Assembly: GCA_963798915.1 (NCBI GenBank)
Contig: CAWCVB010000015.1
Location: 1 to 64,000 of the forward strand
DNA: 64,000 bases
Direction of reading: 5' to 3'
From: an uncultured Gemmatimonadales bacterium
GTDB lineage: Bacteria > Gemmatimonadota > Gemmatimonadetes > Gemmatimonadales > GWC2-71-9
Position numbers and translations under genes: made by a program. The notes under the pieces were generated by a model, which was not told the DNA's origin, made no database searches, and saw only the letters and a list, made by a program, of their open reading frames with translations. Each line of letters begins with the position of its first letter. Position 1 is the first letter of the stretch. Positions 42,503-54,063 of the stretch are shown here, in pieces.

Positions 42503-44590
42503 CTACTCCTTGGGAAGGAGCGCCTTCCGGGAGAGCTTCATCCGGCCGCGTTCGTCGACCGACAGCAGCTTGACCTGGATGACGTCGCCCGCCTTGACCA
42601 CGTCCTCGGTCTTCTCAGTGCGCCCGTGCTGGAGCTCACTGATATGCAGCAGTCCCTCGACGCCCGGCAGGATTTCCACGAAGGCACCAAACGGTGTGGT
42701 GCTCTTGACCGGGCCCTCGTAGACCTTGCCCACCTCGGGCTCGGTGGTGATGGCGGCGATCATCTCCCGCGCCTTTTCGATGGTCTCGGCGCCAACGCCT
42801 GCGATGGTGATCACACCGCTGTCTTCGATCGAGATGCGCGCGCCGGTGGCGTCCTGGATGCCACGAACGGTCTTGCCCTTCGGCCCGATGACATCGCCAA
42901 TCTTGTCCGGCCGGATCTGCATCGTGACAATCCGCGGGGCATAGGGCGAGAGATCCTGTCTCGGCGCGGCCAGTGCCTTCTTCATTTCGCCGAGAATGTG
43001 GAGCCGGCCCGCCCGGGCCTTCTCGAGCGCCTGCTTCATGATGGCCAGATCCAGTCCCTGGATCTTGATATCCATCTGGATGGACGTAATGCCCTTGTCG
43101 GTTCCGGCGACCTTGAAGTCCATGTCGCCCAGGTGATCCTCGGAGCCAAGGATGTCGGTCAGGATCGCGACCTTCTTCCCGTCCTTGATCAGGCCCATCG
43201 CCACACCGGCGCAGGCCGCCTTCATCGGCACGCCCGCATCCATGAGCGCCAGCGACCCTCCGCAGACCGTTGCCATCGAGGAGGAGCCGTTGGACTCCAG
43301 GATCTCGGAGACCACGCGCAGCGTGTACGGGAAAGTGTCGTAGTCCGGCAGCAGCGGCTGGAGCGCGCGCTCCGCCAGAGCACCATGGCCGATTTCGCGT
43401 CGGCTGGTGCCGCGGATCATCTTGACTTCACCCGTCGAATAGGGCGGGAAGTTGTAATGGAGCATGAACGACTTGGTGGTCTCGCCCGCGACATCGATGT
43501 TGTCGAGCCGCTGCTCGTCGTCGGCGGTCCCAAGGGTGACGCTCACCAGGGCCTGGGTCTCTCCCCGCGTAAAGAGGGCTGAGCCGTGGGCCCGCGGCAG
43601 CACGCTGGTATCGATGCTGATCGGCCGCACCGTGTCAGTGTCGCGCCCGTCGACCCGCTCGCCCTTGTCCAGCACCTGGGAACGCATGACACGGTACTCG
43701 ATCTCCTCGAGCTCGTTCACGATTTCCTTCTGCCGGTCGGGCCACTTCTCCGCCAGTGACGTGAGCACGTCGTCGCGCACCACACGGAGGCTTGCTGCCC
43801 GGCCGCTCTTCTCCTTGGCATTCATCGCGCTGGTGACCTTCTTCTCCGCCAGCTTGCGAACCGCGGCGGCCAGCTCGGCATCGGCCGCGGGCGCCTTCCA
43901 CTCCATCTTGGTGGGCGTTGCCTTGCTGACGAGCTTCTTCACGACGCTGACCAGCTCGGCAATACCCTTCTGGGCGACGCCCAGGGCCTCGAGCATTTCG
44001 CTTTCCGGGACCTCGAGCGCGCCACCTTCCACCATCATGACCGAGTCGGCGGAACCGCTGACCACGAGATCGATGTCGGAGAACTCGAGCTGCTGGAAGG
44101 TCGGATTGAGGATCCAGTTGCCGTCCACCCGGCCAACCCGCACCGCGGCCAGGGGTCCATTCCAGGGCACCGTGCTGAGGGTCAGCGCGGTGGAGGCGGC
44201 GATCAGCCCCACGATGTCCGCATCGTTTTCCTGGTCGGCCGAGAGCACGGTCACAAAGACCTGCACTTCGTTCTTGAACCCTTCAGGAAAGAGCGGACGA
44301 ATCGACCGGTCGATCAGGCGCGCCGCCAGAATTTCCTCATCCGAGGGCCGGCCTTCACGCTTGAGGAAGCCGCCCGGGATCTTGCCCGCCGCGTAGGTCT
44401 TCTCGCGATACTCGACCGTCAGCGGGAAGAATGGCAAGGCGGAGATGTTGGCGGAGACGGTCACGGCGGCAAGTACCTGGGTCTCTCCGAACTGGAGCAG
44501 CACGGCTCCCGCGGCCTGCTTCGCCATCCGGCCGGTTTCCAGCGTCAGCGGGCGTCCCGCGAATTCGGTTTCGATCTTCTGCATGCTCAC
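42503..44590 (-). CDS. pnp: Polyribonucleotide nucleotidyltransferase
   Basis: IPGGFLKRE, RREIGHG, SNGSSSMA, GDMDFKVAG, KH and S1 domains. Confidence 0.97.
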   Translation of the reverse strand: MSMQKIETEFAGRPLTLETGRMAKQAAGAVLLQFGETQVLAAVTVSANISALPFFPLTVEYREKTYAAGKIPGGFLKREGRPSDEEILAARLIDRSIRPLFPEGFKNEVQVFVTVLSADQENDADIVGLIAASTALTLSTVPWNGPLAAVRVGRVDGNWILNPTFQQLEFSDIDLVVSGSADSVMMVEGGALEVPESEMLEALGVAQKGIAELVSVVKKLVSKATPTKMEWKAPAADAELAAAVRKLAEKKVTSAMNAKEKSGRAASLRVVRDDVLTSLAEKWPDRQKEIVNELEEIEYRVMRSQVLDKGERVDGRDTDTVRPISIDTSVLPRAHGSALFTRGETQALVSVTLGTADDEQRLDNIDVAGETTKSFMLHYNFPPYSTGEVKMIRGTSRREIGHGALAERALQPLLPDYDTFPYTLRVVSEILESNGSSSMATVCGGSLALMDAGVPMKAACAGVAMGLIKDGKKVAILTDILGSEDHLGDMDFKVAGTDKGITSIQMDIKIQGLDLAIMKQALEKARAGRLHILGEMKKALAAPRQDLSPYAPRIVTMQIRPDKIGDVIGPKGKTVRGIQDATGARISIEDSGVITIAGVGAETIEKAREMIAAITTEPEVGKVYEGPVKSTTPFGAFVEILPGVEGLLHISELQHGRTEKTEDVVKAGDVIQVKLLSVDERGRMKLSRKALLPKE

Positions 44591-44636
44591 GTCTGTGTCC
44601 TGTTTCTTTGGTGTCGGCGGCCCGTCAAATGCGCAG

Positions 44637-44669
44637 AGGGCGTCCCGGTCCCAGTGACCGAGACGCCCT
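44637..44669 (-). terminator. Stem-loop between rpsO and pnp (terminator or processing site)
   Basis: AGGGCGTC-C-CGGTC-CCAGT-GACCG-A-GACGCCCT. Confidence 0.5.
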
Positions 44670-44685
44670 GGCCATCGCTGACTGC

Positions 44686-44946
44686 CTAGTGGCGGAGACC
44701 CAATTCCTCGATCAGCGCGCGATATCCATCGAGGTCCGTGCGCCGGAGGTAGGTAAGGAGCCGGCGGCGCGTGCCCACCATCTTGAGCAGGCCCTGCCGA
44801 CTGTGATGATCCTTGGGATGGGTGCGGAAATGCTCGGTGAGCGAGTTGATCCGCTCGGTCAGCAGGGCCACCTGGAGCCGGGTTGACCCGGTGTCAGTCT
44901 CATGGGCCCGGTGCTTTTCCATCACCGGCTGCTTTTCAAACGTCAT
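44686..44946 (-). CDS. rpsO: 30S ribosomal protein S15
   Basis: [25 protein letters not shown]. Confidence 0.96.
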   Translation of the reverse strand: MTFEKQPVMEKHRAHETDTGSTRLQVALLTERINSLTEHFRTHPKDHHSRQGLLKMVGTRRRLLTYLRRTDLDGYRALIEELGLRH

Positions 44947-45027
44947 GCGTGCGATGTCCCCTGTTCGGCCCAAAGTCCCTAAATTCTCAAAGCTGAGGAA
45001 GATAACTCGGTGCGGCGGCGGCCGGCA

Positions 45028-45162
45028 AGGGTCGAGGGTCGAGGGTCGAGGGTCGAGGGTCGAGGGTCGAGGGTCGAGGGTCGAGGGTCGAGGGTCGAGG
45101 GTCGGGGGTCGAGGGTCGAGGGTCGAGGTGAGATCGAGGGTCGAGGGTGAGGGTCGAGGGTG
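45028..45162. repeat. (AGGGTCG)x14 heptamer array plus about 4 degenerate units
   Basis: 14 units at 45028-45125 with one substitution; degenerate tail to about 45162. Confidence 0.95.
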
Positions 45163-45255
45163 ACTGACCGACCACGAGCCCGACGAGACCGACGACCCGA
45201 GCTCTCTGCCTTCCTGACACCAGATGGTGCGTAACGAGCGCGGCGAATTCCCGCC

Positions 45256-46630
45256 TCAGCCCCACAGCCCGGCGAGGAGGCGCCGGATGTCGTTCGAGAA
45301 GGCGAACACCATGATCAGCAGCAGCAGCACCAGACCCACCATCGAAAGCACCTCTCGCAGCCGCACTGGCAGCGGCCGCCGCAGGACGCCCTCGGCCAGC
45401 AGAAAGACGAACTGACCCCCGTCCAGCAACGGAATCGGGAGCAGATTGAGTACAGCCAGGTTGACCGAAATCAGCGCCATGAAGGCCAGGAAGGCCGCCA
45501 CGCCCAGCCTGGCGCTCTGCCCGGCGAGCTGGCCAATGAGGATCGGCCCTCCCAGTTCCCGGCCAGCCACCTCGCCATTGAGCATGCCCTTCACCGACCG
45601 GACGATCTGAATGACGGTGTCCCAGGTCTGGGCACCGCCAGCCGCCAACGAGCCAACGAAGCCGAGCGGCTCATGTCGCGACGGCAGCTCGCTGCCGACA
45701 CCCAGCCGGCCGACCAGCCTGGTCGTCTTGCCGGAATCGGGCACTGACATGGTGTCGGTGACCAATCCGAATTCCCGTGCCTCGCCATCCCTGACCACCG
45801 AAATGGCCAGTTGCTGGCGCGGCCGTGCCTCGACCACACGCTGCAGGTCATACCACTGGGTGACCGGTTCGCCGTTGATGGCGGTCACCGAGTCCCCGAC
45901 CTTCAGTCCGGCGTGGCCCGCGGGTCCGGAAGAATCGACTGTGGCAAGGATTGGAGCACGCCATGGCTGGACGGCGAGGGCTGCCCTGATACGTTCACCG
46001 ATGGCCTCCGCCGGAATGGCCAGTGCAACACGCCTCCCGCTGGCAAGGGCTATCGCGAAGGCTGTCGCCAGCGGCGTTCTGCAGCTGATTCACAACATCG
46101 TTCCAGACGTGCACCGTGTCGTCATTGATGGCAATGATTCGATCGCCTGGAGCCAGCGTGCGGAGCGCCTCGCCTCCCTTCGGAAGCACGGTCGAGTCCA
46201 CCATGCCGACGCGCGTCTCGAGCGTGAGCGTCCGGCCGGCATGAAGCGCCAGACCGGTGTAAACCAGCCAGGCGAACAGCATGTTCATGGTCACGCCCGC
46301 CAGGATCACGATGATGCGCTTCCAGAGCGGCTTGGCCTCGAACATCCGGTCCGGCGGAACGGGCTCGATGGCCTGGCCGCCTTCCAGCGCCGCTCCCATC
46401 GCCTCCTCTTCGGCACTGGCCATCTTGACGTAGCCACCGAGCGGAAGCCATGACACGGCATACTCGGTCTCGCCACGCCGGAAACTCAGCGCCTTGATGG
46501 GCGAGCCCAGCCCCAGTGAGAACCGGTGCACGTAGATACCGGCCCACTTCGCGGCCAGGAAATGCCCCAGTTCGTGCACGAAAATGAGCACGCCCAGCAC
46601 GACGACGAGGGCGAGGACGGCAATGGTCAT
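45256..46630 (-). CDS. rseP: RIP metalloprotease RseP with a +1 frameshift at about 46058 (probable sequencing error)
   Basis: HELGH, PLGGYVKM, two PDZ domains, NLLPIPLLDGG; the halves join if one base is removed. Confidence 0.9.
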
Positions 46631-47766
46631 GCAGCAGTCCGTTGAATGAGGTCATGCGCGCAGCGGCGTGCTCCGGCATCGGCTGCCAGGACCGCCTCAA
46701 GGGTGAGGCCGGATTCAGTCGGCACCGCCTCGAGTGCGGCACGGATTACGGTGGCAATCTGGCCGAACCGGAGCCGGCCCTCGAGAAACGACGCTACCGC
46801 CACTTCGTTGGCGGCATTGAACACCGCGGGCGCGGTGCCACCGGCCCGGCCCGCCTCGAGGCCGGCCTGGAATGCTCCGAAGACATCGCGGCGGACCGGC
46901 TCGAAGGTGAGCGGGCTGGCCGCCACCGGGTCGAATCGCCGCACGGCTGTGTCGGAGAGCCGCTCTGGCCAGGTGAGCGCGTAGAGAATGGGCAGTTCCA
47001 TGGTGGGAAACCCGACCTGCGCGATCACGCTGCCGTCGCAGAACTCGACCAGGGCGTGAATGATGCTCTGGGGATGCACCACGGCGTCCAGGGCGTCAAA
47101 GGGCAATCCAAAGAGAAAATGCGCTTCGATGATTTCCAGCGCCTTGTTGACGAGGGTGGCGCTATCCACCGTGATCTTCCGGCCCATGCGCCAGGTCGGA
47201 TGTGACAGCGCCTGCTCGACCGTGGCGGCGTCCACGGCCGCCGCCTCCCACTGGCGAAACGGGCCGCCCGACGCAGTGAGTGTCAGCCGGCAGGCCGGCG
47301 AGCGCTGACCCGCGAGGCACTGCAGCACGGCGCTGTGTTCGCTGTCCACTGGCACCAATTCCCCGCCGCCCGCCCGCGCGGTCTCGAGCACCAGCGGCCC
47401 GGCCATCACCAGCGACTCCTTGTTGGCGAGCGCCACGCGTTTGCCCGCACGGAGTGCGGCGAGCGTGGCCGCCAGTCCGGCCGCACCCACCACGGCATTG
47501 ACCACGATATCCGCGTCCGCCAGTGTGGCGGCCTCCGTCAGCACTCCGGCGCCGGCCGGAAAGCCCTTGTCATTCCCGACGCCGTCGGCCAGGCCGGCGT
47601 AGTCCGGCTTCCACTTCTCGACCTGGTCGGCGAGCAGCTCCGCATTGCAGCCTGCCGTCAGGGCCACCAGGTGGAAACGTTCCGGGTGACGGCGGAGCAC
47701 CTCGAGCGTGCTCCGTCCAATGGAGCCGGTCGAGCCCAGGATCGCCACGCCCCGCGTTCCCCTCAT
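46627..47766 (-). CDS. dxr: DXP reductoisomerase
   Basis: LGSTGSIG, LANKESL, PVDSEH, HPTWRMG. Confidence 0.96.
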   Translation of the reverse strand: MRGTRGVAILGSTGSIGRSTLEVLRRHPERFHLVALTAGCNAELLADQVEKWKPDYAGLADGVGNDKGFPAGAGVLTEAATLADADIVVNAVVGAAGLAATLAALRAGKRVALANKESLVMAGPLVLETARAGGGELVPVDSEHSAVLQCLAGQRSPACRLTLTASGGPFRQWEAAAVDAATVEQALSHPTWRMGRKITVDSATLVNKALEIIEAHFLFGLPFDALDAVVHPQSIIHALVEFCDGSVIAQVGFPTMELPILYALTWPERLSDTAVRRFDPVAASPLTFEPVRRDVFGAFQAGLEAGRAGGTAPAVFNAANEVAVASFLEGRLRFGQIATVIRAALEAVPTESGLTLEAVLAADAGARRCAHDLIQRTAA

Positions 47767-48632
47767 TCACGCAATCCCGAAGACGCGATAGAGGAAGGCA
47801 CTCACCGGAAGCGCAAAATAGAGCGAATCGAACCGGTCCAGCACGCCTCCATGGCCGGGGATGAGCGTTCCCGAATCCTTCACACCAGCCTCGCGCTTGA
47901 ACAGCGACTCGAGGAGGTCGCCAAGCTGACCCAGCACCGAGAGCGCAAGGGCAATGATGAGCACCGCCGGCGCCGATGCTGCCACACCGGCCGCAGGGAA
48001 AACCCACCAGGCGAACACCGCACCCACCGCCAGCGAACCCACGACGCCGGCGATCCCGCCTGCGCGGGTCTTTCCCGGGCTCACCACCGGGGCCAGCTTG
48101 GGTCCGCCGATCAGCATGCCGCCGAACATGGCGAACGTATCGCAGATCCAGATGATGACCAGCGGAAAGAACACCAGCCAGACGCCGGCCCAGGAGGACG
48201 TTCCATGGTCACGGTGGCGGAGGACGACGAGAAATGCCGGCAGCGCCGCGCTGTACAGCACCGCCAGGAGCGTTACGGCAGCGGCCTCGATCGGATGTCC
48301 GTCCGGTGGCCGCACGGCGAGCACCCAGAGCAACACGCCCAGCAGCCACAGGGCCCCGGCATAGCCCCACCACTGCGCCCAGAACGCACCGGCGGCGGGA
48401 TTGCTGAGGGCCAGGTATACCAGCGGCGCGATGAGGGCCGCGGAGAGCTGACAGGGCGCCGCCATCGGCCCAATGTCGCGCTGCGGAACGAGCTGCAGGA
48501 GTTCGCGTGCGCCGAGCATGCCGAGCAGGCCCGTGAGGATCGCCAGGGGCCAGCCACCGAAATACACCACGCCGAACGCAACCGGAATCGCCACGGCAGC
48601 GACGCCGATACGGCGGCCGAGATCCGCGGCCA

Positions 48633-48633
<1 letters not shown>
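47767..48633 (-). CDS. cdsA: Phosphatidate cytidylyltransferase
   Basis: SPGKT, GDLLESLFKR, KDSGTLIPGHGGVLDRFDS. Confidence 0.94.
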
Positions 48634-49373
<740 letters not shown>

Positions 49374-49377
49374 GCGG

Positions 49378-49932
49378 TCAGACTTCCATGATCTCGGCTT
49401 CCTTCACCGAGATCATCTGGTCAATCTGTCTGGTGTGGTCATCGGTGAATTTCTGAATGTCCTTCTCGGCCCGGCTCTTGTCATCGTCGGAGACGTGCTC
49501 GACCTTCTTGATGCGGCTGAGCGTCTCGGTCCGGGCATGGCGCACGGCGACCTTGCCTTCTTCCGCCAGCTTCCGCACCACCTTGACCAGCTCCTTGCGG
49601 CGCTCTTCGGACAATGGTGGCAGCGGGACGCGAATCAGCGTCCCCTGACTCGCCGGATTGAGGCCCAACCCGCAGTCACGAATGGCCCTTTCGATCACCT
49701 GCGCGAGGCCCTTGTCGAACGGCTGGACCGCGAGCATGCGCGGCTCCGGCGCCGAAACCATGGCGACCTGGTTGAGCGGCACCTGGCTGCCATAGGCATC
49801 CACGCGAACGGTGTCGAGCAGCTGAGGCGACGCCTTCCCGCTTCGGATACCCTGCAGCTCGCGACGGGTGGCGTCCACGGCCTTCGCCATCTGCTCCCTG
49901 GCGTGCCTCATCAGTTCCGGAATCGTGTTCAT
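49378..49932 (-). CDS. frr: Ribosome recycling factor
   Basis: [19 protein letters not shown]. Confidence 0.96.
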   Translation of the reverse strand: MNTIPELMRHAREQMAKAVDATRRELQGIRSGKASPQLLDTVRVDAYGSQVPLNQVAMVSAPEPRMLAVQPFDKGLAQVIERAIRDCGLGLNPASQGTLIRVPLPPLSEERRKELVKVVRKLAEEGKVAVRHARTETLSRIKKVEHVSDDDKSRAEKDIQKFTDDHTRQIDQMISVKEAEIMEV

Positions 49933-50639
49933 TGAACGATTGTCCCGACCCGGTCTCCCTGCAGCACGCGCGAGATGGCGCCGGGCCTGTTCATGTTGAA
50001 AACGACAATGGGCAGGTTGTTCGCCTTGCAGAGGCCGAACGCATTCGCATCCATGACCGCGTAATTCTTGACGATGGCTTCCTGGAAGGTCAGCTCGGGA
50101 ATGAACTCGGCATCGGGATTCTTGCGCGGATCGCTGGTGTAGATGCCATCCACGTTGGTGGCCTTGAGGATGACTTCCGCCTCGATTTCCAGTGCGCGAA
50201 GCACGCCAGCCGTGTCGGTGGAAAAGAACGGGTTGCCGGTGCCGCCGGCAAAGATGATCAGCCGCCCCTTCTCAAGGTGCCGGATGGCGCGACGGCGAAT
50301 GTATGGCTCCGCGAGCGATTCCATGCGGATGGCCGTCATGACCCGCGTGTCCACTCCGACTTTTTCAAGCACATCCTGCACCGCCAGCGCGTTGATGACG
50401 GTGGCGAGCATGCCCATGTAATCGGCTGAGACGCGGTCGAGCCCTTCCCGGCTCGCCACGGCGCCCCGAATGATGTTGCCCCCACCGACCACCAGGCACA
50501 GTTGCACGCCCACGGCGTGCACCGCCTTCAATTCCTCGGCGAGGGTCTCGACGACTGAGTAGTCGAGACCCTGCCCCTTCTCGCCTGCCAGCGCCTCCCC
50601 GGAAATCTTGAGCAGGGCGCGACGGTAGGCGAGCGGCAT
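49929..50639 (-). CDS. pyrH: UMP kinase
   Basis: [25 protein letters not shown]. Confidence 0.96.
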   Translation of the reverse strand: MPLAYRRALLKISGEALAGEKGQGLDYSVVETLAEELKAVHAVGVQLCLVVGGGNIIRGAVASREGLDRVSADYMGMLATVINALAVQDVLEKVGVDTRVMTAIRMESLAEPYIRRRAIRHLEKGRLIIFAGGTGNPFFSTDTAGVLRALEIEAEVILKATNVDGIYTSDPRKNPDAEFIPELTFQEAIVKNYAVMDANAFGLCKANNLPIVVFNMNRPGAISRVLQGDRVGTIVQ

Positions 50640-51505
50640 CAGGCGCCGACCTGGAACCGCACGAAGCGCGTCACCGTGTTCTCCTTGCCCGCCTTGGACA
50701 CCAGCTGGCCCACGGTGACTGTGTCATCCCGCACGAAGGGCTGCTCCAGCAGCGTTCGCTCGGCGACGAACTTCCGCAACTTGCCGTCCACGATCTTGCC
50801 GCGGATCTGTTCCGGCTTGCCTTCCTGCGCCACCTGCTCCTCGGCAATGCGCCGCTCCCGCTCGAGCAGTTCGGCCGGGATGTCCTCCGGGCGCACGCCC
50901 AGTGGATCGGCCGATGCGATGTGCAGGGCGACATCACGGGCCACGCTGTTGGCCGCCTCGTCGCCCGGGCCACTCATCGCCACCAGCACGCCCACCATGC
51001 CGTTGTGATGCAGATACTGCCCCACCACGCCGTCGGGCTGCTCGAGCTTGGCGTAGCGGCGAAACGCCATGGCCTCGCCGGTCTTGCCGGAGACTTCCTT
51101 GACCACCTGGCCGACCGTCTTGGACTGGTCGTCGGACCAGGCCATGGCGTCGAGGTCCGCACCATCGCCGATGCCGCCGCTGGCGCTCGCCAGCACTTGC
51201 CGGGCCAGGGCCCGGCCCAGGTTGCGGAACTCTTCAGTTCGCGCCACGAAGTCGGTCTCGCAATTCAGTTCGACCATGGCCCCGGACCTCGCGTCGGGCG
51301 CAAGCTCGATCACGATGATGCCCTGGGAGGCGCTGCGGCCGGCCCGCTTCTCGGCCTTGGCAATGCCCTTGGCGCGCAGCAACTCGCCGGCCTTCTCCAT
51401 GTCGCCGCCGGCTTCTTCCAGCGCCTTTCGGCAATCCAGGATGCCGGCCCCCGTTCTGGATCTGAGCTCGCTGACTTCCTTGGCTGTAATCGTTCCGCTT
51501 GTCAT
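50639..51505 (-). CDS. tsf: Elongation factor Ts
   Basis: [26 protein letters not shown]. Confidence 0.96.
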   Translation of the reverse strand: MTSGTITAKEVSELRSRTGAGILDCRKALEEAGGDMEKAGELLRAKGIAKAEKRAGRSASQGIIVIELAPDARSGAMVELNCETDFVARTEEFRNLGRALARQVLASASGGIGDGADLDAMAWSDDQSKTVGQVVKEVSGKTGEAMAFRRYAKLEQPDGVVGQYLHHNGMVGVLVAMSGPGDEAANSVARDVALHIASADPLGVRPEDIPAELLERERRIAEEQVAQEGKPEQIRGKIVDGKLRKFVAERTLLEQPFVRDDTVTVGQLVSKAGKENTVTRFVRFQVGA

Positions 51506-51550
51506 ATCGATAACCCGCAAAAGGTTCAGGAATGCTGGTGAATAGTAGTC

Positions 51551-51590
51551 AAAACCGCCGCCCCGGGCCCGTCGGGCCGAAGGCGGCGGT
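51551..51590 (-). terminator. Intrinsic terminator/attenuator between rpsB and tsf
   Basis: ACCGCCGCC...GGCGGCGGT stem followed by a short U-run on the minus strand. Confidence 0.55.
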
Positions 51591-51616
51591 CGGGCGTCCG
51601 GGAAGGCCCGGCGCGC

Positions 51617-52507
51617 CTATGCGTCGGTGGCTGGTGCGGCGCTGCCCGCCTCGGCCGAACCCTCGCCTTCGGTACGAAGCCGGGCGGCAATGGCCTCCGG
51701 CTTGGGACGCCGCTTCCGCCGGCCCGGCCGGCGGCGCTTCTTGTCCTCGGAGCCGTCGTCGGCGGCCAGGTCGCTGGTGTAGATCTCACCCTCGGCGTCT
51801 TCAGATGCATCGCGGACCGGCGCCGCCGCGCGCGCTTCCTTGATCGTGTCGCACAGCGCGGCGGTAATCAGCGAGACCGAGCGGATGGCGTCATCGTTGC
51901 CGGGAATCGGCACGGTGATCACGTCGGGATCCGCGTTGGTATCCACGATGGCGACCACCGGGATGCCAAGCTTGTTGGCTTCCGCCACGGCGATCTTTTC
52001 CTTCTTGGCGTCCACCACGAACAGCACGCCGGGCAGCCGGTTCATGTTCTTCACGCCTTCGAGATTGCGCGAGAGCTTGATGCGTTCGCGCTCGAAGAGC
52101 AGCTTTTCCTTCTTGGTGTAATTGCTGCCGAACTCGCCATCGGTGCTGCCCTGGTCCAGCTCGCGCAAGCGCCGGATCTGCTTCTTGAGCGTCTGGAAGT
52201 TGGTCAGCATTCCGCCCAGCCAGCGCTCAGTCACATACAGCGCCCCTGCCTCAGCGGCTTCCGCCTGCACAATGGCCTTGAGCTGGCGCTTGGTGCAGAC
52301 GAACAGCACGCTCTCGCCACGGCTGACGACCCCTCGCAGCGTTTCCTGGGCCTTGAGAATCTGTCGGAGCGTCTTCTGGAGGTCGATGATGTAGATGCCG
52401 GAGCGCTCCGCGAAAATGAAGCGCCGCATCTTGGGGTTCCACCGGCGGGTCTGGTGGCCGAAATGGACACCGGCCTCGAGGAGATCCTGGAGCTGGGGCT
52501 GCGCCAT
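51617..52507 (-). CDS. rpsB: 30S ribosomal protein S2
   Basis: LEAGVHFGHQT, RWLGGMLTN, PGNDDAIRS. Confidence 0.97.
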   Translation of the reverse strand: MAQPQLQDLLEAGVHFGHQTRRWNPKMRRFIFAERSGIYIIDLQKTLRQILKAQETLRGVVSRGESVLFVCTKRQLKAIVQAEAAEAGALYVTERWLGGMLTNFQTLKKQIRRLRELDQGSTDGEFGSNYTKKEKLLFERERIKLSRNLEGVKNMNRLPGVLFVVDAKKEKIAVAEANKLGIPVVAIVDTNADPDVITVPIPGNDDAIRSVSLITAALCDTIKEARAAAPVRDASEDAEGEIYTSDLAADDGSEDKKRRRPGRRKRRPKPEAIAARLRTEGEGSAEAGSAAPATDA

Positions 52508-52531
52508 GCGAGAACTGTGTTCCTTTCCTCA

Positions 52532-52603
52532 GGGTTATGCGTCCACCGCGTTCATCTCCCGGCCCGACCCGAAGGCACCCAGACCGGAATCCCGCGGTGT
52601 GCG
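52532..52603 (-). ncRNA. rpsB leader (t44 / S2 autoregulatory RNA)
   Basis: Minus strand GCACACCGCG..GGGTGCC..GGGTCGG..CGCGGTGGACGCATAACCC resembles the CACAC/GGGUGCC/GGGUCGG/GCAUAACCC pattern I recall for t44; directly upstream of rpsB. Confidence 0.7.
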
Positions 52604-52617
52604 AAGTATGCTGCGAC

Positions 52618-53019
52618 CTACCGCTTGCTGAACTGGAACCGCTTGCGAGCGCCAGGCCGGCCCGGCTTCTTGCGCTCCACGGCGCGCGCATCGCGGGTGA
52701 GCAGGCCGCCCGCCCGAAGCTTGGCACGATGCTGCTCGTCCGCCGACACCAGCGCCCGAGCAATGCCCAGACGGAGCGCGCCGGCCTGCCCGGTCTGGCC
52801 CCCGCCATTGACATGCGCCTTCACGTCATAGGCGCCAAGCGTATCGGTGGCCGTGAAGGACTGCTGAATATGCTGCACCAGCGATGGGCGCGGGAAATAA
52901 TCCCCCAGGGTCCGTCCGTTCACATCCCACTTGCCGGTGCCGGGCGTGATATAGACACGCGCGACGCTGGTCTTCCGGCGGCCGGTGGCCTGCCAGCGAT
53001 TCTCGGGAGTCGGGCTCAT
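52618..53019 (-). CDS. rpsI: 30S ribosomal protein S9
   Basis: [21 protein letters not shown]. Confidence 0.97.
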   Translation of the reverse strand: MSPTPENRWQATGRRKTSVARVYITPGTGKWDVNGRTLGDYFPRPSLVQHIQQSFTATDTLGAYDVKAHVNGGGQTGQAGALRLGIARALVSADEQHRAKLRAGGLLTRDARAVERKKPGRPGARKRFQFSKR

Positions 53020-53468
53020 GCCTCTGCCTTGTCAGTCGTCAGTGCATAGGGCCGGGGCTGCTGCGCCGCATGCGGATGCTCAGCGCCGGCATAGACCTTG
53101 AGCTTGGTCCGCAGCTTTTGGCGGGCCAGCGAATTCTTGGGCAGCATGCCAAAGACAGCCTTCTCGATGACCCGATCGGGATGCTTGTTCAGCATGTCGC
53201 GCGCCGGCGTGTGACTCTCATGGCCCATGTAGCCGGTGTGCTTGAAATAGGTCTTCTGGTCCAGCTTGCGGCCGGTCAGCCCGACCTTGCTCGCGTTGAC
53301 CACCACCACGAAATCCCCACCGTCCATGTGGGGCGTGAAGGTGGGCTTATGCTTGCCGCGAATCAGCTGTGCCACCTGGCTCGCGAGCCGGCCGAGAGGT
53401 ACCCCGGTCGCGTCCACGATAAACCAGTCATGCGTAATGTCGCTCGGCGTGGCCGAAAAAGTCTTCAT
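53016..53468 (-). CDS. rplM: 50S ribosomal protein L13
   Basis: [24 protein letters not shown]. Confidence 0.97.
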   Translation of the reverse strand: MKTFSATPSDITHDWFIVDATGVPLGRLASQVAQLIRGKHKPTFTPHMDGGDFVVVVNASKVGLTGRKLDQKTYFKHTGYMGHESHTPARDMLNKHPDRVIEKAVFGMLPKNSLARQKLRTKLKVYAGAEHPHAAQQPRPYALTTDKAEA

Positions 53469-53547
53469 CCTGGCGTTTCCTGCCGGCTGCGTGAAAAGTC
53501 CCTGAATCAAGACAGACCTCTAAAATAGCTCCGCCCGGCAAGGGCGG

Positions 53548-54063
53548 TCAAGTGGATGTGGATGGTGGGCCCAGAGTTATCAGCAGCTGGCCCTTCTCCA
53601 CCACGGCGCCGGGGGCCACCTGCAGATCGGCCACGGTGCCCGCAACCGGCGCGCGAAGCTGATTTTCCATCTTCATGGCCTCCAGCACGACCAGCGGATC
53701 CCCCGCGGCGACTTGCTGGCCAGGCTCGACCTGCACCCGTACGACGAGCCCCGGCATGGGGGCCTTGAGAACTCCACCGGCCGCCGGCCCGGCCTCCTGA
53801 GCGGTGAGGCTCCGAATATGGCGAGTGCGCTCGTCCAGGACCTCGGCCTCGAAGCGGCGACCCGCGAGCGCTACCAGCCACCGTCCCCGGCCTTCCCGCT
53901 CCACGCCAAGGGTCATGGAACTGCCATCCACGACCAAGGCGCTAAGCGGCGTCCCCACGAGTGGCTGGAGCGACGCGCGGTAATCCCGGGCGGCCACGCT
54001 GACCTGCTCGCCTCGGATCTCCACCTCGATTTCCCGACCTTCCACTGACACCCAGTATTTCAT
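53548..54063 (-). CDS. Biotin carboxyl carrier protein of an acyl-CoA carboxylase
   Basis: APMPG, EAMKMEN biotinylation motif. Confidence 0.9.
   Translation of the reverse strand: MKYWVSVEGREIEVEIRGEQVSVAARDYRASLQPLVGTPLSALVVDGSSMTLGVEREGRGRWLVALAGRRFEAEVLDERTRHIRSLTAQEAGPAAGGVLKAPMPGLVVRVQVEPGQQVAAGDPLVVLEAMKMENQLRAPVAGTVADLQVAPGAVVEKGQLLITLGPPSTST

Noticed and set aside
44947..45000. S15 autoregulatory leader RNA
   Set aside because: Position is plausible, but I could not recognise a defined structure by eye; needs a covariance-model search.
45028..45162. Tandem arrays as a CRISPR array
   Set aside because: Contiguous 7-bp units with no unique spacers, and no cas genes in the window.
44987..45265. 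ORF with PRPSTLD repeats
   Set aside because: Translation of the heptamer array; overlaps the rseP end and has no other coding support.
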